Source of the DNA: Ptychomitrium polyphyllum | Lineage: Eukaryota | Assembly: GCA_973851085.1 (NCBI GenBank) | Contig: OZ316775.1 | Location: 15,190,001 to 15,254,000 of the forward strand | Length of the DNA stretch: 64,000 nt | Direction: 5' to 3' | Part shown: positions 28,567 through 43,319 of the stretch, in pieces | Layout of the letters: the number at the start of each line of letters is the position of its first letter | How positions within the stretch are numbered: position 1 is the stretch's first letter | Translations under genes and position numbers: made by a program | The notes under the pieces: model-generated | What the model saw: only the letters and a program-made list of their open reading frames with translations | The model's database searches: none | Told to the model about the DNA's origin: nothing

Positions 28567-30725
28567 GTTGGAGCAATCTCGATTCTCCCAAATCAGCCCA
28601 AAGTACACGCGCGAAGGTATACCAACTGAAGTGCCTATGCTAAAGCCCCAAAACGGAGAATCCCAACACTGAAATTTCCCCACAGAACTAGGGTAATACT
28701 AAACCAGAACGCGGTCTCCAGAAATACTACACACTACTAGGCGACACCTCAAAAACCAACATCACAAACGTCAAAACTAAGTTACTACTAAGATGGTTAA
28801 TCCGAAAGACTCAGCCCCAGGAGGCTGTATGCGTCCAGAGCTCGACCATGCCGTTCATGAACACACGACCCTCCAATGCACCAAACCTAGAATCCAAGCT
28901 CTCCCCGCGCAATAATTCCAGACCCCCGTCGTTAAAACCAGGATGCATCAGTCCGCCAACTACCAAAAGCCCTTCTAACAAAAAGAGAATCAACCGCCGG
29001 GACGCACACAAACTTGATCAACGCAATGCTGGCCAGTTAGCCACCAAATGAAGGCAGCCACTTACGATGCACCGATCGCAATACTAGAAGGAACCTAATT
29101 GCTGCACTTTCGTGAGCGCCCACCTTTAGTCAATAAACCCCCAACCATACGCAAAATTCAACGCACGAAAGCCTCTGATGGCGAAACCTTCAAACAAATA
29201 GCAGAAGAAAACGGAACCACCTCCAAACGTGAGCAAGCGGGAACCAGGCGACGATCGATGATTCACGATGAGCTTTTCCCCTTCCCGGGGCTAGAAATCC
29301 ACAGAAGCGAAACCCTGATGAACCCCAAACGTTCTGGAACTCTCTCACAATTCCTGGCCCACCACAAACGCCTGCAGCACCCAGCGCGAACGATTTCCGG
29401 GCGCTCAACCCACCTCCGGCCTTCAATCCCACCACCGAGGCTCCATAACACACAAACGCCAAAACAGCCGCGACGAAGCGCAACAGCGAAAACCCAAGTC
29501 CCAATCTCCCCCACCACACGAACTCGACGCTCCCCAATGCGGCAGAAGTCGAAACTCGGACGATCACGCGAGCGGCGACGCGGCGAGATGGAGGGCTCCG
29601 GCTAGGGCAATAACAGGAACGGGTGTGCGTGTGAGAGTGCGAGAGAAGCCTCGGCCCACCCATGAGGTCGCTGCATGGATCATGAGAATCCGGTACATAC
29701 ACTGGTGTGAGTGGGAACTCGGAAGCCCTATCTGGCCTCAGATCTGCGCTCACTTCAGGCCTGGCGCCCTCCCGGGGGTGGGGCGCAGTGGGTGGGGATG
29801 ACCGCGCTGACCATTTATAACGCCATGAAAATTATCAGTACTACACCACTGCCTGGATGCGCTTTCAGTGGGATCTCTGACGCACTTGGGCCTGAGTTGC
29901 GTCTTCCCAAGGCCAAGGCTTTTCCTTTCCTTTCCTTTAGAGCCGGACGGATTGGACCCTGAGCGCGAGATTCCTAACCACCACCACCACCACAGCAGCA
30001 GCGCCAGCACCCGCACCCGCACCAGCCCCTGGGAATGCTCTGTTCCAGTGCAGCAATCAAACGGCGAGGAGTTTCGGTTCCACATCTTTCAATGAGTGAC
30101 CTCATAACTCCAATTTGGGGTATTATTATAAACTTAGCATAGCGAGGGGAATAATTTGGTCCCTGCTTCCTTCCGATGATGCCCAGTGCCCGGGCCCAGT
30201 GCTCCCCCTGCGACTCTGCGTGCCACGAGCTCAGCGTCATCCATGCGCTCGCTTCCGTCGGCATCTCTCGTTCACCTCCAAATCCCTTCATCGGCCCCCA
30301 ATCCCGTCCCTCCCATCCACGCTATAAAAGCGTCTCTGCCCCATTAAAAGTTAGTTGATCCATGCACCCCAGCAAATCAACACTCCAGAAAGAAAATCAA
30401 TCCTCTCTCTCTCCACCCCCACCTTATTACTACCACTGTTCACCCCACACCGGATTCCTGGCACCGTCATTCGTACTCACCTCCCGCCAGATCATGATAT
30501 CAATCAATCATCCCCACCCCCCCCCCTCCCCCTCCCTCTCTCTCTCTCCCTCCCAATCACTCTCACCGCCACTCGCATGGCAGCGACTGATTCCCAGTCT
30601 CCCCCCGGGTGGCCGATGTCGCACCCACCCCTCCCGGCGCCGCGCTCGCGTCGCAGGCACGCGTGGATCGAAATGAATCCACCACAGTGCAGGAGAAGAT
30701 CCGGTAGAATTACCCCTGGATCGGA

Positions 30726-30775
30726 ATGGCATGGCATGGTATGGCATGGCATGGCACTGCACTGCACTGCACTGT
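30726..30775. repeat. Compound pentanucleotide microsatellite (ATGGC)6-(ACTGC)4, imperfect
   Basis: Read directly: atggc atggc atggt atggc atggc atggc actgc actgc actgc actgt. Confidence 0.9.
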
Positions 30776-33700
30776 GGCAGGGTGGTAGTTTTCTACCCAG
30801 CGGCGGAGGGATCCATCTTGCAGGCATGGAGCTTCCAAAGCTGCCATAATCCATGATTCACAGTGCCTGCATCGACTGTGCCAGCTGCGCCCTGGCACTG
30901 CCTCTGTCCTACGTCTTGCAAGTCGCTCCTTTCTACGGTTCGGGGCGCTGTTCCCACCGGGAGGGGTGGCGAGGGAGATCATGCGGAATTTTCACACGGG
31001 CGGCGCGTTTCAGGGGCGGGGTTGACTGGTTGGCGGAATCCAGGTCAGCAGGTGGGTGATGGCGACTTCAATTGCCTGTGCCGCCGGTGCGGTGCCGGCT
31101 TGGGCGGTGTGGTGTCGGTCCTCATTACCGCGCGTTTTTTAATCTGTTGCGTTTCTATTTCCGTGGAGCCTCTCGTGTGGGAGCCTCTGGGGAACGTTGG
31201 AACGTGGAACTTTGTGCGGCAGTGTGCAAGGGTTGGGTGTCTCGTTCGGGTTTTCGAGGATTTTATCCCTTACCTCGTAAAGTCCGAGGATTTGAATGGG
31301 GCTGGAATGCAGATAGAGTGAGGATGGAATTGGCGATATGACAAAAACCGTTACAACGTAATACTTTGGAGGAATATTTCATAACTTTTACATTAATCAC
31401 GTCATTTTATTATAAAACTTTAAAAAGTTGAAATTCAATACTTTTTCTAAAATTTGTTTACAAACAAGACATTGACATTCATTGAGCAAAATCAAGTTTC
31501 TAAAAGTCAACAAAACCTTAATCATCTATAAATTTACATATTTAATATTTTCTTTTCTTTTTCTTTTCCTTCTGTAATGTATCAAATAGGAAATTTGTGC
31601 TTTTTCATTAAAATAATGCAATTACAAATTCATTTTTCATCAAAACAATTTAAATAAAAGTAATTGTATTTTAAATGACTAGTTTTATGGCTATAAGCAA
31701 ATATATAATTTTTTTAATTACAATACATTATAGCATCCCTTGCTTTTAATTTATAAAATGAACTTAAAATGTGGGAATCTTCAATGTATGATAATAAGGT
31801 GGTGAATATGACATTCAAAATGAGAAAAATGCAAGGTCTAATAAAGAATAATTTTAAGCAAGCATCACATTGCTCTTAATGAACAAGTAATGGTTACAAA
31901 ATATTTTTTAAATTCATTTCACGCTTCCTTATTACCTAATTATTACTCATTAAGTTTTCGAAAATGGACTCTATAACATTGTCCTTTACAAGAATTCTAT
32001 AGAAACATTCTTTAAGCATCTTTTTAATTCAACAATAAAACTTTTTAATCAACATAATTTAAGAAATTTTTCAAAAAGTGAAAATCCAAAAGTTAAGTAG
32101 ATAAAAATGTCATGTGTTCAAAATCTTAGGCCTAATGTTTTAAATCTTAAGTGTTGCATTAGTTAATTATAATTAAAAGTACATGCTTATTTGACATGTC
32201 TTATAAGCCATATCATTGATGGATTATATTTGAATCTTTCAAGTTCTTTAGATTATTTGACATTAAAGTTGAAAGTGGAGTTTTTCCAAAGTTAAGTATT
32301 GTTCCTATGAATGAATATTAAGAAAAAAATCTTTTTGAATATTTCATTTTATTATTATTTAATTGTGAAATGTTATTACTTAAAATCCACATTCATAATA
32401 ATAGTGAAGGTACTTAGCAATGATGACAAACTTCTACTTCAGTATAAACATTGTTCTTATTTATAATCAACCATTAGCATGATTATTAATTAATTATTGA
32501 ATCAAAACAAAAGAAAATTTATTCAATAATCACTATTTATTTTATCACATTTTTACTAAAACATTGAATTAATATAGGCCAAGAACTTTGAAAGCTATAA
32601 ATGAAAGAATGGAAGTGTCTTTATTATAAATCTTTCATTGGTATAACAAAGTTTTATATCACTATCAATCAAAGATCCAATTCTTGTTATAATACTTTTT
32701 ATGATATTTAAAATTTCAATGTTTGAACTAATATAATCATTTTAGATGTTCAAATTAATGCAAATATTTATAATAAAAAACCTTTGCATTAGCTCAAGCA
32801 TCTTATTATTTTATACCAAGCAAAGTTTTTAATTTATTTGTGAATCAAATCATCTTTAGTGAACAAAGTCTGATGCTAATTATTAATTTTTAATCTTTTT
32901 TCATAATTCTACATTCCATTGTTCATTTATGCATAAATTCCACACCAAAAATCACACAACTTTGAAAATTTTACTTATGTAGAAAACTAATCAATGCAAT
33001 TACATGCCAAATTACATAGCCATATCACTTAGAAATGCCATGATTTAATCTTTGAAATATGAAATCCTTACCTTAGAAGCTTAATAGATTTTTAAAACAT
33101 TTGAATTGCATTTTTTTTTAATCCATAGTCTCTTAAAAGTTTATTTAAAAAAATCATCACTTATCTTTTAATGCTAGCCACATTTAAAGGTAGAAAGGAC
33201 TTGATGCTATTGATTTTACTTGAACCTCTTGCATTTATGGAATTTTTTTAAATTTTTATAGACATTTGATTTATTAAATTACAAAAAACTATTGAAAGAG
33301 AAGCAAATCATTCTTTAAACGTTCTATTATGTTCCACAATAAGCCGTCATATCAACTTAAGTTAATGTTTAGGTGCCTACATTTATACAAAATTATTAAT
33401 TAAAATCCAATCAAATTACAAAAGATCATGTGATTGATAACATTAACTTGTGTTTGATTTCTAAAATTGAATTTTATACAAGAAATGTATTGTTGGCAAA
33501 AGAATGGTGCAATATAAAAATAAATATTTAAAAAAAATTTATATTAATGAAAAATAATCAACAAGTAGAGAATTATCATATGTTATTTTATACATGTACT
33601 CTGTGACTATATTTTTAGGAGTTAAACTATTATAGATCCATTATGCCTATTAGATTATGAAAATAAACGATTTGTATGGCCAAAACTAAATTTGAGTAAA

Positions 33701-35164
33701 TAAAATTTTCTTTAGCAATTTATATGGAGAAACTCATTTCATTTTCATTGCCGATTTTTTTACACTATTGAAGTTACTAAACAATTTTGTGGTAGTTTGA
33801 ATACATTGCATTGATATATAGTAAGAAAATCACTTTTTTTTTCCAAAATGCATATTATTCAAGAAATATTGCAATTAAGAACTTCATTAGATTTTAAAAT
33901 TGCACATGTACTAAAATTAAAAACTATGAATGACGTATATGGATTACAAAATAATTATGTTTATAAAGTTTAAAATGTCTTTAATTCTATAAAAGGGCAA
34001 AAATAATTGTTTGTCTTTTATTGCAATTATTATTTAAAAAGAAATTGACACTCTTTATGTACATATGAAATACAATGGTTTTATAAAAAATATCAACTTT
34101 ACTAATAAGATGAGAGTTTTATTTATTCATTTTACATTTTCTTGACAAAATTTCTTTCTAAAATAAATATTTAGCCATGAATTATCAATATTAAAATAAA
34201 AGAGTGAAATTAGACATTTAAAAAAAATTATAAATTAGTAATAACATTATAAAATATTTGCACTATATTTAGGCCTTCAAGATGTTTTGAATGAAAGTAC
34301 TAGAAAAGGATTGGAAATATTCCAAAAGCATTATAAATGATGTAATGGTTGTAATATATAATTGACATTTAAATTTAATCAAATATTATTACAACAACAT
34401 TTAAAAGAAAAGTAACATATCAATGTTTATGATTATAGAAGTTGTATAAGTATTCTTAATAAACAATTTAACAAAATCCATTAAGATCCCTTACTATGGT
34501 AATATTTTTTTTTTATTACTCCAAAATTACAATCATACATAACTTAGTTTAAAAGTAGAATGATGCAATATTGAAGAAACATCAAAGAAGTTTGTTCCTC
34601 TCTTTCATTTCTCAAATTTATTTTCTTGAAACAAACAAAGAAACCACAAACAACCCTTCTAAACGATAGGCGAAGGAGTTATTTACCCAGTTTTTAAATG
34701 TGAGAGTGAGTTGGACCATTTGACTGCCACGTTGAAGATTGTTGTGGAATTACTAAACAAATTGAGAATTCTGGTCATAAAACTTGCAATTTTCAACTCT
34801 AGTGAGTCTGGTCCCTGTATGTTACCGTACACTTCAACTTGCACACCACTGTCAGGATTGTCCTTCCACCTTTCGACTCCCTTGTCGTCAAGTTTCAGTC
34901 CAGTTTCTAGCAGCCCCCGTACCGCCCTTCAATGGGACCATGAACAGATACGACGCCACAAATTTGATTCCGATGGATGAACAGAATCCCAGAACCAACT
35001 GAACTGTCAATCGAAAACCTCACCTAAATCTTTAACTCCAGAGCGGTTTTCAATACCTCTGTCAGATGAATGGAGTAACCAAGGTTGGTGTGAAGTCTGT
35101 GCCTTGCAACACGAGGAGGCCGACGGCGTGAACTTCATCCAGTACTTTTCAGTAGATTCCTATA

Positions 35165-35720
35165 CGATATTGGTATGATACAAGCTCGATATCATCACGA
35201 TACTGGTAATACTCCCGGCGGGTATAAGTAGAAATGAAATTATCACGTCATTGTAGCCACGCCTTTGTACCGGATAGGCACAAGGAGCCCTCATTCAATC
35301 CAGTCTCTTAAATTGCTACCTGCTGTGATACTGATACGATACTACATTGTACCAATTCAATTCCCGGGCGGGTATGAACAAAATGGAGCATCATACTACT
35401 CTGTCCCGCCTGGCATAGCCTGTGTCCCACCTGGCAAATGCAATCCAACGGCGCTCACTCCATCAAGTCTATTAGTTCATACCTTTACGATACTAGCGTG
35501 ATAATGACATGACTTTACCATGATACCCTTTTCAATCCAAGCTGGTATATTCAAGATGGGACAAGGTTACTTCATTGTCGAGAAGCCCGTGTCTAGCTTG
35601 GCATTAAGAGTCCGATATCATTCACTACGTCGATTGCTTGCGGTAACACCTAGAAAATACCACTGTGATACTTGTTTGATACCGGCTCCATACTTGGTTC
35701 ATAACCAGGCGGGTATCTAG
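35165..35720. repeat. Degenerate ~150-170 bp tandem repeat, 4 units, upstream of EXO84
   Basis: A CC(C/A)GGCGGGTAT-like core ends at 35225, 35375, 35548 and 35716, each preceded by clustered (T/C)GATAC words. Confidence 0.55.
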
Positions 35721-36700
35721 AATAGTAGAAAAGATGAAGCTCGTCGACTCTCTCTGGGAGATTTGCTCTCTTCTTTCTTCTTTCTAGCCAGCTATGGCGA
35801 CCAGCTTTCCACGCTGTTGTTGTTGTTAATCAGATCCGTACCTCCTCACGCTCCTTGCGTCTCTTACGGCTTGCATAGTCCGCTTCTGTCGCTCCTGCTC
35901 GTTTTGTAGATATTCTTTTTTCCAGTTTTGAGAAGGATTTGAGGATACGAGTGGGCCGGGTTTGCGTTCCATTGATTATAAGGAAGCGGCTAGGAGGATC
36001 GTCTGCGTTTCGGTGGAATTTCCGGCGCCGGAGGTGCCCGTGTTCGTGGTTCACGAGAGCGCAGGATTGTGCGACGTTCTAGAGTGGGAAGGGAGTTTGT
36101 GTAGAGTAATCGGCGGTTGGGGGCATTGCTGGCGGGTTGGAGTTCTGGACTGGTTGGACGGATTGGAGCGTTTGTTGAAGGAGTTTTTTTATTCATGAGA
36201 CTGCGTGCGGGATTTCGCGAGGGTTTTAGCGAGTACGGGAGAAGAAAAACGGCCGCAGGAGTGTTGATGTTGAGGGAGATGGCCCGGTTTTGTTGACGTA
36301 GAGCATTTCAGGTTTGTGTAGTCGGGGTTTGTGTGGCGCTTCTGTTGGCTGCTGATTTGTGTTTGCGTTTAGCAGGCATTGTGTGCTGCGTGATGATGCC
36401 AGTTTTTAGCACATTGAGAGCTCAAAGCACTCATTTTGATGCTCTGAGGGATTTGGACCTAGTGATTGGAATTTCTTACTGGACGAGGTGACTCGAGAGT
36501 GCTCTAGGTTAAATGGATCCAGAGTAGAGGTGGAGGGCAGGCAATCGAAGCAATCCAGAGAGTGTAGTATAATATTACAGGATGTAGGGTCTCGGAGCCT
36601 TGCATATCGGTTTTTGTTGTGTGGAGCTCTTATGGTCGCGTTGCGTCTACTTTTGGCAGACAGAACCAGAGAGAACAGTGTGTGATCTTCGTCTGCAGCC

Positions 36701-39700
36701 ATGGGCTCTGTGAAGCCATCCGTTCGGCATCGGGGCGCTGGAGCGCCGTCGAGTGTACCGCAATCAGCTGGGAGCAATGGTGTTCTTAACGGAGCGCCTG
36801 TCAGTAACGGTTATGTCAATCATTTGCGAAATGAGTTATCTGAGTTCGAGAAGGAGGATTTTGATGCTGAGGCTTATGTTCAGTCGAAGTGCCAATCTAT
36901 GAGCGAAAAGGTCTGCTCTCGATCCTGTAACCGTGCATCTAGCTTGTGCTGGGCAGTTCGAACCCTAATATGACTGCCACATAAGCTTCTGTGGTTCCTC
37001 ATATAAATGTTAACGTTGCGGTATTAGAATCAGAGTCCTGTGCTGCTGAAGATTTACAATGAGAGTTGTGCCGTTGTTCGAAAGTACAGTTCTTTGCGAA
37101 TTGCGGCTGTTGAGTCTGTCTTTTCACTATGACTTTTTCTGTGAACAGGGCATACGTAAATTATGCGATGATCTACTAGATTTGAAGAAGTCATCTGCGG
37201 AAGAAATGCGTAAGAGCGTATATGCTAATTATGCAGCCTTTATAAGGTGCAGTATCTCACTTATTCCACTCCCTACTATGAGTATTTAGCAGGTATAACG
37301 AAAAGGTAGACTGCAGCTGTGGAGTTGTGATTGCATATACCGGTTTAGGGTATCCTCTTTTTCTTCGTCGCGACGCCTTCTTATTGTAGCCTCAGTATCC
37401 GAGTATGCTTCTTTTTGCAAATTCCAGTTTATCCAACACATCTTACACCTTATCAAACGAATTAAAATCATTGGTGGTACACTACTACGTCGAGAGTACC
37501 CTCCAAATTTCGTGCTGCCGATAATCTTTTCGCTTCGAATAGCTTTATATAGCACTATTGACTTAGATGGTTGATGTTGTGTTTCTACGATTTATCTTAT
37601 ACCAACTCCAGTCCGAGATTATCGTTCTATGGTCTTCCCTCCTGTCGTCTCATCATATCTTTGGATGTGACAGGACCTCCCGTGAAATATCCGATCTGGA
37701 GGGGGAGCTGGTTGCCATGCGGAATCTTCTAACGTCCCAGGCAACACTTGTTCGAAGCTTGGCAGAAAGTGGTGCTTCTAAAACTGCAAGTGGTACAGCT
37801 GGGGCTGACACAGAGGAAAAGGATCTGCCTCAGCATGAAAAGGAACCTTCCCAGTTGGAAAGAAGAGCTCAGGCTCTTCCAGATATTCTGGATGTTCTGC
37901 TAGCTGAGAAGAAGGTGGAGCAAGCTCTGCTGACTTTAGAAGAAGGTGATAGACTGGTTGCAGAAGGATTCCAGCCAACAGGTCATGAGGGTGGAATGAG
38001 TACTGCTGTAGCTTCAGAATTGCTGGTAGCATTGTCTGAGAGAAGAGCTAGATTAGCCGAGCAGCTTGCTGAAGGTATTCAACAACCTTTTTTTAGAGGC
38101 TCAGAGCTACGATCTGCTATAGCTGCGTTAGATAAATTGGGTGATGGAACACGAGCACACACACTTTTATTGCATTCTCATCACGAGAGACTCCAGCACA
38201 ATATTAGGGGGCTTCGTCCTAGTGGTACATCGTATGGTGGGGCTTATACTGCTGCCCTCTCTCAGCTAGTTTTCTCTGCGATCGCACAGGTATATTTTTC
38301 TTTTCAGATGGGACATTATCTGATGAAGCAGAAGTTATGCATGGAGAACTGTGCAATCAAGTCTGCTGTTGCGTATTGGTAAACCAGTAATCGAATTATG
38401 CTACTCGTGCAATATGCCTGATGTGCTGACTATGAGTTGCATGAAACCGATCTTTTGTATATCTTGATACATTATTTTTCTTTCTGCAGGCTTCAAGAGA
38501 TTCAGTGGCAGTCTTTGGAGAAGAGCCTGCTTATGCTTCGGAACTAGTCTTGTGGGCTCGTTCAGAAACTGAGCTCTTTGCATCTCTAGTAAAACGGCAC
38601 GTCTTGTCCTCCTCGGCTGCTGCTGGAGGTCTACGAGCTGCTGCTGAATGTGTGCAGATTGCTCTCGGTCATTGCCAGCTACTTGAAGATCAAGGACTAG
38701 CTCTTTGTCCAGTTCTCTCGAAGCTCGTAAGGCCAAGTGTGGAGCAAGCCTTGAAAGCAAATTTGACCAGAATTGAAGAAAGCGTGGCTGCTTTAGCAGC
38801 AGCTGATGATTGGGTGCTTAGTCATCCGGGTGCAATGTTACGGGGATCATATGGAATAAGGTCCTCTTACGGTGCTGGACATGGTCCTTACGTGAAGTTG
38901 TCCAGCAGTGCACATCGGTTCAACTTCATGGTGCAGGTTTGTCTTGACCCATGTACTTTGCTTCAACGTTGGAACTAAAACTTTTCTGATCCGTGCCAAT
39001 GCATTGTTAAATAAATGTTAGCACGATGATTTGTAGGATGGTCCATGCTCTTTATTACATGGTCGCATGTAATTCAATTAATGAGAAATACTGTACCGCT
39101 TAAAGGTTTGGTTACCCTTAATCCTGAATTTACAGGTTTGACCGTTTAATTTCTTCAAAATAAATTTATGAAGTTTATGTCATGCAGGACTTTTTGGAGG
39201 ATGTCGCCCCTTTAATAAGCATGCAGCTAGGAGGTCCGACACTAGATGGTCTCTCTATGCTTTTCGATCAGTATGTTGACATGCTGATTAAGGCTGTACC
39301 CAGTCCTGGTGAGGACGAGGAAGGTGGGGCAGAGAACGGGGATGATCGGAAGGTAGGAATATTTATTGCCGATAGTTACCCCGTGCTCGTATGGTTAATT
39401 TTGAAAGAGCTTCACACTTACCCTTGCTTTTTAATTTCAGTGCCTGCTAGTATTTTCTCTAGCAAATGCCATGTGTTAAGCGTCAGATCGGGCAGTTGTT
39501 TGAGATGAGCGTGATTAATTCAGACTTTTTAGAAAGATGTCCCTTGTAGAATATCATATCATAACTATCAAGGAGTGCCTGTAATGAGATTTCCGGGGTG
39601 TTACTACCAGGATTTTGTTTGAGAATTTCTAATATGATTGGCTGTTGCAGGTTCGAGCTGCAGCAACCGAGAGTCAACAACTCACACTTCTTGCAAATGC

Positions 39701-41412
39701 CTCTGCACTTGCTGATGAACTTCTGCCCCGAGCTGCCTCGAAGTTAGTTCCAGGAGGTATGCAGACAGTGATGAGCAGAGATGACTTGCGGTCAGGAACT
39801 CGTAGAGGACGTGATCGGGATCAAGGTAAAAATCAGTTGGCTTCTGTATAGATGTATTTGAATCTTAGACTGATTTTGACTGGGGTAACTTAATTATTTG
39901 TTCCCGTACGTCGATGACGAGATTCACTAGGATCGATGTATTCCCCTGATCACATTTGTGTAAATTGCATTGCAGAAAGAAATCAGTTTGGAACCATAGC
40001 AAATCGCTTACCGGAGCTCAAGGATTGGCGGAGGAGGTTGCAGCGAGGAGTTGATAGACTTAGAGATCATCTTTGTAGACAGCATGTTCTTGAATTGATA
40101 TACTATTCTGATGATCCAGAGTCTCAGCTCAGCCCAGATACATACCTGAATCTTGATAATGATGGTGGAGATCCTAACTGGCTTCAAGAACCAATGCCAT
40201 CTCCTATCTTTCAGGCAAGTTTCTGTCATCTGTGCTGCCTTCGTATGTGACATATTTGTTCTTCTCGCAGTCCTACTCGACAGCGTGAATCCTGTTGGCT
40301 TATTTTTCAGTACTTAACTTGGTCCCGACTGCCTTTTTAAATGTCTTTTTAAAGTGTAGTTACGTTTCTGGTTCTGTTTTCTGAATCTCACAATCGAAAT
40401 GTGTGGACCGGCAGGCATTGTTCCACAAGTTGACTTCAATCCAGCAAACAGCTGCAGAATTGCTTACAGGGAGGGAAAGAGTGGTTGTTGTGTTGCTCAT
40501 GCGACTTACCGAAACCTTAGTAATTTGGCTATCTGAAGATCAGGACTTCTGGGATGCCATTGAAGATGGAGAAAGTAGACTGGGTCCTATTGGTTTGCAA
40601 CAAGTAAGATCCTATGGAACTTATCTTTTCTACCGATCTTTTACAAGATATGATACAGATGAATTGCATTTCTTGTCAGCGAATCTTCTTTCTCTGTTTT
40701 AAGAAATAATATTTGATTTTGGATAATGAAATAAATATAAGATCTTTCATGTCGTCTGGGAAAACTCGTGCCAACCTTATGTGATGTAGCTGGATTTTCA
40801 TACTCAATAGTGATAGCAGAGACTGGAAATTGGGATCCAATTACGCCTGTCCTTAGATTCATAGAATTGTGAAGCTGCTCCATAAGTAACTGCAGTTGGA
40901 TAGTTTGTGCAGCTCTAGTGTCTCTTGTATGGCTATGTCTGTTAAATTAATTTTAATACTTGGTGTTTTGTGCATCCAGTTTGTTTTGGATATGCAGTTT
41001 GTCATTCAGGTTGCAATAAATGGCCGATTTTCGTCAAGACACATGCGTCAAGTGGTAAATGATGTCACAGCACGAGCTGTTACTGCCTTTGCAGCGACAG
41101 GAGGCGACCCCCACAGGTCAGTTTTGATTGTAGGATTTAGTTTGTCTTTTTGACTGGTTTATGTGTACACGAATTTTACAGTTCCTGTTTGATGACGATA
41201 ACTGTTCTCTGTAAGGTGCCTCCTGCTTTGAATTCTTACACAGAAGCATTGCTTGTTTGTGCAGTGTGTTGCAAGAAGACGAATGGTTCTTGAGTGCAGC
41301 TCAGGAAGCGGTACGTAGACTTCTGGAAGGTTGGAATCAACAAGTCACCAGTCCTACAGCATCAATTACTGCGCAATCTGTCTCATCATTCCGTTCACAT
41401 GGAAGTGAATAA
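36701..41412 (+). CDS. EXO84: Exocyst complex component EXO84 (EXO84b-like), multi-exon
   Basis: FDAEAYVQSKCQSMSEKGIRKLC..SAEEMRKSVYANYAAFIRTSREISDLEGEL, GGAYTAALSQLVFS, SAAAGGLRAAAECVQIALGHC, LLMRLTET, and C-terminal SPTASITAQSVSSFRSHGSE* (TAA 41410-41412). Confidence 0.95.
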
Positions 41413-43094
41413 GGTGCATGTCAGCTCTATTGACTGCTTGCGAGTTGGGAGCTTTTCTGGAACTGGCAATGAAAGATTACAATGTCAACTCCGCAAGTCT
41501 CATTATGCTTACATGCAAGACCGAGTATAAGCTCAAGTTAAAAGGCATATGATTCTCTGAGGATGAAGAGGACACTCGGTCATTTGGCAGAATGATTGGC
41601 GTATATCGCCACTATACATGGAGGTGGCCATTCTTGTTAACCAAACGGCTCTTTGCGTTAATTGCTGACGAATTGTGTGGATAATGTGTCATGTTCTGGC
41701 AGCTTGTGCCCATTGGCATTTAGCCTGCGGTGTTGAGACACTTCCTCATATTGGGGTTTTTGGTTTATTCTGATAGTGGCTACTTGAATAATTTGATAGC
41801 AGTAGACGTAGGTTTAAGCCCTTGATATCCAGTGTTGTGTGCCCTGGTTAGCTTTGATGCACATTGGCTGTTGTCAAGCATGGGTGGGCATTGGGCGTTG
41901 GTACATATCAATACAGAGTGACTGGATGTTCTAAGGAGACATGAAGCTGGTACATCTCTTAAATCACTTTGCTTGCACTTTATGTTGTATTAAGAATTTA
42001 GCGTCGTAGTGATCGCTGGATTATATTTCCTATAACTTGAAATGCATGTGATGGGTCCAGAGTGGATATGTGAAGTCTTCAGCTGACTCACTTTGTTGGT
42101 GTGTTTCTTCTTACAGAGTGGGACAGGAGCTGCTGTTCATCTGCGAAAGTTTTTCAGGATGTGGCATTGGTTGTTGCGAACCTTTGTTGCCCTCCTAGAT
42201 GTAGGCGTCTGTTAGTGATGCATCGCTTCAACAACACCCTTACTCGGGAGGCTTTTGCCAGTGTATTTTGTGAAATTTTGCACTACTGGTGCATTATTTA
42301 TTATTATCTCCACCTCAATGGAGTGTGAAGTGATCATTATTTTTAATAAAAAGTGGGGTGTTTCTGAACAGATTATTGTACGCTGATAGGTTTTATTGCA
42401 ACGTCCGCTTCTAAAGGCTGATGAAGCAGTGGCTATCACTTTTTCATTGTCATGCTTATCTCACTTGTAACTTATGGCTCTTACTGTAGTTCTTGGAAAA
42501 TCCCTTAGTGCAGCAGAGTAGGGGTGTCAACCTGTGATACGCAGGGGTAATATGACCTAGTCAGCCACGTGTAGCTAGTGACCTCATTATATTTCGGCAC
42601 CCTAACATTCTGTTTTTGTTTTTATGATACGCATGCGAGAAACGCTCCTGTGATATGCTGTGTGCAAAATGCTTGGGCCTGGGTGCCTGAGGGAGGCATA
42701 ACATTCTTCAGCTGGATACCCTTTGCAATGATCCAATTGAGTAGAGTAGTGCTCCGTTTCTTCTCCAAGTGGAGTAGAGTATGTGGTTTGGATGCTCTAT
42801 CATAAAAGTGGTGGAGGGTTATGTAACTAAAGAATGTTATTAGATGTGGAAAGAATTTATTATGGTCAAATGGGAAGTTAGAAACAATGCACTCTCTAGC
42901 AAGTAGAGAGCCTTCGCTTTTTGAAGATCAATAACAGATGTTGCATAAAGAACTAAATACATTCAATCTGTTAATAAGGATACTTGCAATGATGATAATT
43001 TTCATTCCAACATTATCAAAATTGAATTTATTATTATTATTCCTTGCCATTATTATAAATACCTACTAAATAGAAATAAAAGAGCCTTATTTTT

Positions 43095-43149
43095 AATAGC
43101 ATTGTTGTTTGGTATATATAACTTCAATAGCATTGTTGTTTGGTATATA
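43095..43149. repeat. Short direct duplication (24 bp, two copies 31 bp apart)
   Basis: aatagcattgttgtttggtatata at 43095 and 43126. Confidence 0.85.
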
Positions 43150-43319
43150 ACATATTTTGTATTTCTTGGGCCAATGTTTGGATATATTAAACATATAGTA
43201 TACTTTGTGATTGTGCTCAATAGTGCCTTGGACCTCTTTGTGATGCTATAATTTCATTTCATTCACTTTTATTTGGTAGATTCACCCTTGCATTGGTTCA
43301 CAAATAATAATAAATTATT

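Noticed and set aside
29099..31341. Many overlapping 60-190 aa ORFs on both strands
   Set aside because: Expected by chance in GC-rich, low-complexity DNA; no domain or consistent splice structure.
31340..34650. AT-rich block as a transposon (likewise 1-2400 and 56550-58000)
   Set aside because: No ORF, terminal repeats or target-site duplication could be identified by eye. It may be decayed TE sequence but cannot be supported.
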